Source: an uncultured Pseudomonadota bacterium (lineage in GTDB: Bacteria > Vulcanimicrobiota > Vulcanimicrobiia > Eremiobacterales > Eremiobacteraceae). Taken from it: 64,000 bases of DNA. Numbering within the stretch: the first letter of the stretch is position 1; each line of letters opens with the position of its first letter. Below are positions 60,073 to 64,000 of the stretch, piece after piece. The notes beneath the pieces were generated by a model. It was not told the DNA's origin, did no database searches, and saw only the letters and a program-made list of their open reading frames with translations. The stretch covers positions 32,001-96,000 of the forward strand of contig CAVTNB010000003.1 of the NCBI GenBank assembly GCA_963736005.1. Direction: 5' to 3'. The position numbers and the translations under genes are program-made.

Positions 60073-61664
60073 AGTTCGACGTGCCTCACAGACTGCACGT
60101 CCTCGATGTCTCGCAGACGCCGAAGAATCCCGGCGTCCGGTACTCGATCGACGGCCGCGAGAAGGATTGCGTCACCGCGCTCGCTGCGTGCAACTTCCAT
60201 GGTGAAGATGTTGATGCGCGCTTCACCCAGGATCGTGCCCACCTTGCCGATGATCCCCGGTACGTCGTGGTGACGGGTGAGCAACAAGTGGCCTTGGAGC
60301 ACCGCATCGAGTTCGAACAAGTCGATATCGATGAGCCGCAGCTGTTCGCCGTGAACAACCGTACCAGCGAGACCGTTGCGTCCTCCGCTGACCGCCAGCG
60401 CCTTCGCAAAGCCGCGCTCGCACGGCGCACCAAGTGTTTCTACAGAAACACCCAGGCGGCGGGCAAGCTCGAGCGCGTTGACCGCCGAAACACGGTCTTC
60501 CGTGAGGTGCGGCAACAGACCGACTAAGAACGACACGGCAAACGGAAGTCCCTCGTATCCCGCAAGTTCGCCCTCGAGCATGATGTCGAAGCGAGAAAGG
60601 CTTTTCTCGTCACAGATTTGCGGGAAGATGCTCCCAAGCCGATGCGCCAGCTCGGCGAACGGTCGAATCTCGGGAGGCACGTTCACCGGCGCATTCACGG
60701 CGCTCGAGGGAGGACGTCCCCTGAGCACCGCAACAACATCGCGACACAGATCGCGGGCAATTTTTTCCTGGGCCTCCTTCGTGGAGCCGCCTAAGTGCGG
60801 CGTCGCGACAACGCGCGGGTGATGCAAAAGCGCCCAGGTCGCTTCGGACTTCGGCGGTTCTTCGGCGACGACATCGAGCGCGGCGCCTGCGATCCGCTCC
60901 GATTGAAGCGCGGACAGAAGCGCGGCCTCGTCGATAAGACCGCCGCGCGCGCAATTGATGATGTAGGCCTCGGATCTCATGAGTCCAAGCTCTCGCGCCC
61001 CAATGAGATTTTCCGTCTGCGCCGTCAACGGCGTGTGGAGCGTGACAAAATCTGCCCGCGTGAGCAATTCATCGAGCGGCACAAGTTTGACGCCGAGGCT
61101 GTCAGCACGCGCAGCGCTGATGACCGCATCGTGAGCGAGAACGGTCATAGAAAAAGCACGTGCTCTCGTGGCGACCGTCGCTCCGATGCGACCCAGCCCG
61201 ACAATTCCCAGGGTCTTGCCGGCGAGCTCGATCCCGGTGAGGTCTGGAGAGCTCCAACGCTGGCTGTTGATTCGCTCTTGGCCAGCGCTGACGCGGCGGC
61301 ACAAGCCCAGGAGCATCGCGAGAGTGTGCTCCGCTGTTGCGATCGTGCTTGCGTCGGGAGTGTTGAGGACGAGGATGCCCGCGTTGGTCGCGGCTTGTAC
61401 GTCAATGGAATCCACGCCCACACCCGCCCGGCCAATGACTTGGAGCGAGCTGGCCATGCCGAGCATGGCGCCGGTTACCTTTGTCTTGCTGCGAACAATG
61501 AGCGCTTGTGCATCGGACAGTCGGGATTCAAATTCTTCGCGAGAAAGCTCCGCGGCCTCGCACACCTCAAGCCCGCCTTCGCGCAAGATCGCCATTCCGC
61601 TTTCGTCGAGCGATTCTGCGACGAGGACGCTCGGGCGGAAACCAACACCGCTTTGCAGCTTCAT
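60069..61664 (-). CDS. serA: D-3-phosphoglycerate dehydrogenase (type I, with ASB and ACT domains)
   Basis: IGRAGVGVD, GLGRIG, INCARGG, TPHLGGST, HHDVPGIIGKVGTILG. ATG at 61664. Confidence 0.95.
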   Translation of the reverse strand: MKLQSGVGFRPSVLVAESLDESGMAILREGGLEVCEAAELSREEFESRLSDAQALIVRSKTKVTGAMLGMASSLQVIGRAGVGVDSIDVQAATNAGILVLNTPDASTIATAEHTLAMLLGLCRRVSAGQERINSQRWSSPDLTGIELAGKTLGIVGLGRIGATVATRARAFSMTVLAHDAVISAARADSLGVKLVPLDELLTRADFVTLHTPLTAQTENLIGARELGLMRSEAYIINCARGGLIDEAALLSALQSERIAGAALDVVAEEPPKSEATWALLHHPRVVATPHLGGSTKEAQEKIARDLCRDVVAVLRGRPPSSAVNAPVNVPPEIRPFAELAHRLGSIFPQICDEKSLSRFDIMLEGELAGYEGLPFAVSFLVGLLPHLTEDRVSAVNALELARRLGVSVETLGAPCERGFAKALAVSGGRNGLAGTVVHGEQLRLIDIDLFELDAVLQGHLLLTRHHDVPGIIGKVGTILGEARINIFTMEVARSERGDAILLAAVDRVPDAGILRRLRDIEDVQSVRHVEL

Positions 61665-61753
61665 CTTGACCCTTGCTTCGGTCAGGGAACGCTGCCCCCT
61701 ACAGGACAAGGTAGCCACTTGACATCTCGGCGAAATGAGATGATAGAAGGGGC

Positions 61754-62038
61754 ATGAGTGAAGAGTACGTGCCAACCCTCTCTGAGATATGGGAAGTTCT
61801 TGTCGGGCTAAAGGAAGCGACAGAGTCGGGTTTCGCCCGCGTGGAGCGCCGGTTTGACGGCGTTGAATACCGACTCAGCGGTGTGGAACACAGGCTCGAC
61901 GGCGTGGAACGCCGGCTCGACGGCTTGGACGATCGCTTCACGCGGCTAGACGATCGATTCTCGGACTTCCAAAAAGTTACTAATCGCTTGCTGAGCGATC
62001 ATGAACGGCGCCTCGCGCGCATGGAGCGCCGCCGGTAA
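61754..62038 (+). CDS. Small coiled-coil protein with tandem heptad repeats
   Basis: AAGGGG RBS, 94 aa, VERRFDG-VEYRLSG-VEHRLDG-VERRLDG-LDDRFTR-LDDRFSD. Confidence 0.75.
   Translation: MSEEYVPTLSEIWEVLVGLKEATESGFARVERRFDGVEYRLSGVEHRLDGVERRLDGLDDRFTRLDDRFSDFQKVTNRLLSDHERRLARMERRR
61841..61966 (+). repeat. Imperfect 21-bp tandem repeat (6 units) encoding heptads
   Basis: GTGGAGCGCCGGTTTGACGGC / GTGGAACACAGGCTCGACGGC / GTGGAACGCCGGCTCGACGGC etc. Confidence 0.85.
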
Positions 62039-62046
62039 TTCCGCCG

Positions 62047-63291
62047 TCACGGCATTCTCGACCGCTCCATTTTTGCGGTTGAGCTCAAACCAAATTCGTC
62101 GTGCAATGCGTTTTCCGCCGCGGCCGCGAGTGTGCCCGGAACGAGCAGTGAAATGGTGATGTTGGAATCGGTGCTGTGAATGATTGGCACGCCGGCACCG
62201 CTCAGCGCTCGCACAGCGCGGTACATGACCCCGGGGGTCCCTCGCATGCCTGCGCCGACGACGGAAATTTTTGCACATCCTCGGCGGGTTCGAACCGCAA
62301 GCGGCAGCGTTTCGAGACGCGACTGCGCACGCTCGTAGTCCCCGTCGCGCACGATGAAGAAAAGTCCAGCAGAGTTGACGTTGACGCAGTCGATACTAAT
62401 GCGTGCGTCTGCTAGCGTACGGAAGGCCTCCTGTTCCCACCCACCCGGGAGCACTGCCGCTTCGGGAACGAGATGCATGAAACTGTACCCAGGCGACGCC
62501 GCCACGCCCGTGACTGGGTGCTCGCGCTCTGGCGATCGCACCTCCTCGACGGAGGTTCCGGCCCCACTGCGTAGACTGCGCACGGAGTAACTGATCTTCG
62601 AAACCCTGGCGAGATCTGCGGCTTTATCGTTCATGACGGTCGCGCCGTGTTCCGATAATTCGGTCGCTTCCTCGAATGTCAGGTTTTCTATCGTCTTGGC
62701 TGCCGTCACGCGTTTCGGATCCGCCGTCATCACTCCGGGAACGTCGGTGTAGATTTCCAGCGCGGCGTTGTTCAATGCTTTTGCGAGTGCAACGGCCGTG
62801 AGGTCGCTGCCACCGCGCCCGAGAGTTGTCACGGTACCATCATCCGTCACGCCTTGAAACCCGCTCACAACCGCCGTCACACCGGAATCGAGCAATGCAA
62901 GAATCGTTCGAGGATCTACCGAGAGCACGCGCGCATCCCCATGCGTCGCATCGGTGATGATGCCAGCTTGTCCGCCGGTAAGCGCCCGAGCCGGAATCCC
63001 TCTTCGTTCGAGCAGCTCGGCCAGGACGGCAGCGCTGATGATTTCGCCGCACGCGAGTAAGAGATCCACGTTTGGACCGGAGGTAAGACCCGGAATCAGC
63101 CGGAGCAGCGTATCGGTGGCGTACGCTTGCGGGCTTCTGCCGATTGCCGATGCAACCACAACGACTCGGTTGCCACCGCGCACCGCCTCGCTCACCCGGG
63201 ATGCTGCTGCTTCGCGCAACTCTTCGGTTGCAAGCGAGGAGCCGCCAAACTTCATCACGACCCAAGCGCCCGTCATCTTGGAGGACTTCAT
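62047..63291 (-). CDS. dapG: Aspartate kinase (DapG/aspartokinase I type)
   Basis: KFGGSS, SAIGR...YATDTLL, TLGRGGSD, TDVPGVMTADP, ACT domain VGAGMRGTPGV. The ATG overlaps the asd stop. Confidence 0.88.
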   Translation of the reverse strand: MKSSKMTGAWVVMKFGGSSLATEELREAAASRVSEAVRGGNRVVVVASAIGRSPQAYATDTLLRLIPGLTSGPNVDLLLACGEIISAAVLAELLERRGIPARALTGGQAGIITDATHGDARVLSVDPRTILALLDSGVTAVVSGFQGVTDDGTVTTLGRGGSDLTAVALAKALNNAALEIYTDVPGVMTADPKRVTAAKTIENLTFEEATELSEHGATVMNDKAADLARVSKISYSVRSLRSGAGTSVEEVRSPEREHPVTGVAASPGYSFMHLVPEAAVLPGGWEQEAFRTLADARISIDCVNVNSAGLFFIVRDGDYERAQSRLETLPLAVRTRRGCAKISVVGAGMRGTPGVMYRAVRALSGAGVPIIHSTDSNITISLLVPGTLAAAAENALHDEFGLSSTAKMERSRMP

Positions 63292-64000
63292 ACCGCTGCT
63301 TTCGGTTGCATCGCCAAAGCTGCTTCGGCAATCTGGATCGCGTTGGTCGCAGCTCCTTTGCGCAGATTGTCGCTCATGACCCACGCGAGGTATGCGCTGA
63401 GATGCGCTGTGTCCGAGCGGAGTCTGCCGACCACGACATCATCGGTGCCCGCCACTTCAAGCGGCGTGGCGTACGCCGAGCCTTCGAGGAACTTCACGCC
63501 AGGCGCCGAGCGAAGGATTTGGGCAATATCTTCGTGCGAAGTGCACTCTCGCGTTTGGAAGGCAACTGCCTCGCCATGACACACGGCAACGGGCACCCTC
63601 ACTGAAGTTGCGGACACCAGCACGTTCTCATCCGAAAGTATCTTCTTGAGTTCCGCGGCAATCTTGCGCTCCTCTTCGCCGTACCCGCTTGCATCAACCG
63701 GCCCGTTTTCGGGAAAGACGTTGCCAACGGCGCGATGCGGTAGAGCTTTGGCGGGACCCTGGTCGCCGCGTGCTTGGCGCTCGAACTCGTCGAGCGCGTC
63801 TTTGCCGGCTCCCGATACACTTTGATAGGTCGCGACGCTCACCCATTGCAATCCAAAGCGCTGATGAATGGGTCCGAGCATCACCGCAAGGGGAATGGTC
63901 GAGCAGTTTGGATTGGCGATGAGCTTGTGACCCGGAAGCGTGTGACGATTCACCTCGGGGACGACGAGCGGCACGCTCGGGTCAAGACGAAATGCTGCGG
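63288..64000 (-). CDS. asd: Aspartate-semialdehyde dehydrogenase (partial, 5' end outside the window)
   Basis: AFRLDPSVPLVVPEVN, IANPNCST, TYQSVSGAG, RVPV..CHGE, DNLRKGAATNAIQIAE. Confidence 0.96.
   Translation of the reverse strand, partial: AAFRLDPSVPLVVPEVNRHTLPGHKLIANPNCSTIPLAVMLGPIHQRFGLQWVSVATYQSVSGAGKDALDEFERQARGDQGPAKALPHRAVGNVFPENGPVDASGYGEEERKIAAELKKILSDENVLVSATSVRVPVAVCHGEAVAFQTRECTSHEDIAQILRSAPGVKFLEGSAYATPLEVAGTDDVVVGRLRSDTAHLSAYLAWVMSDNLRKGAATNAIQIAEAALAMQPKAAV

Overview
A 64-kb bacterial chromosomal window of about 59% GC (estimated by eye). The organism is probably a diderm Terrabacteria-type lineage such as Ca. Eremiobacterota; this is inference from TolC/MacAB genes sitting alongside a Bacillota-like DapG. 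The first ~14 kb are accessory genes: PMM plus a GH130-like enzyme, OsmC, a cyclase-STAND ATPase, DUF4242, a cupredoxin lipoprotein, a GAF sensor and a methyltransferase. They are followed by two MacAB(-TolC)-type ABC exporters, thrS-tsaD, pyk, a large de novo purine cluster, holA-mtnA-rib genes, comF, sugar-transfer genes and dapA-psp-serA-dapG-asd. Highlights: (1) The purine pathway is a mosaic. It has an animal-PAICS-like PurC-class II PurE fusion, a tandem pair of archaeal-type PurP proteins, a tandem-duplicated PurS-like protein and an embedded monocarboxylate permease, with no purK, purH or purO in the window. (2) At least three families of GTAG-tagged REP palindromes form composite clusters, repeatedly supply gene stop codons and are partly translated. 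(3) Several single frameshifts fall in essential genes and are most likely assembly indel errors. No tRNA, rRNA, CRISPR, transposase or integrase was recognised.
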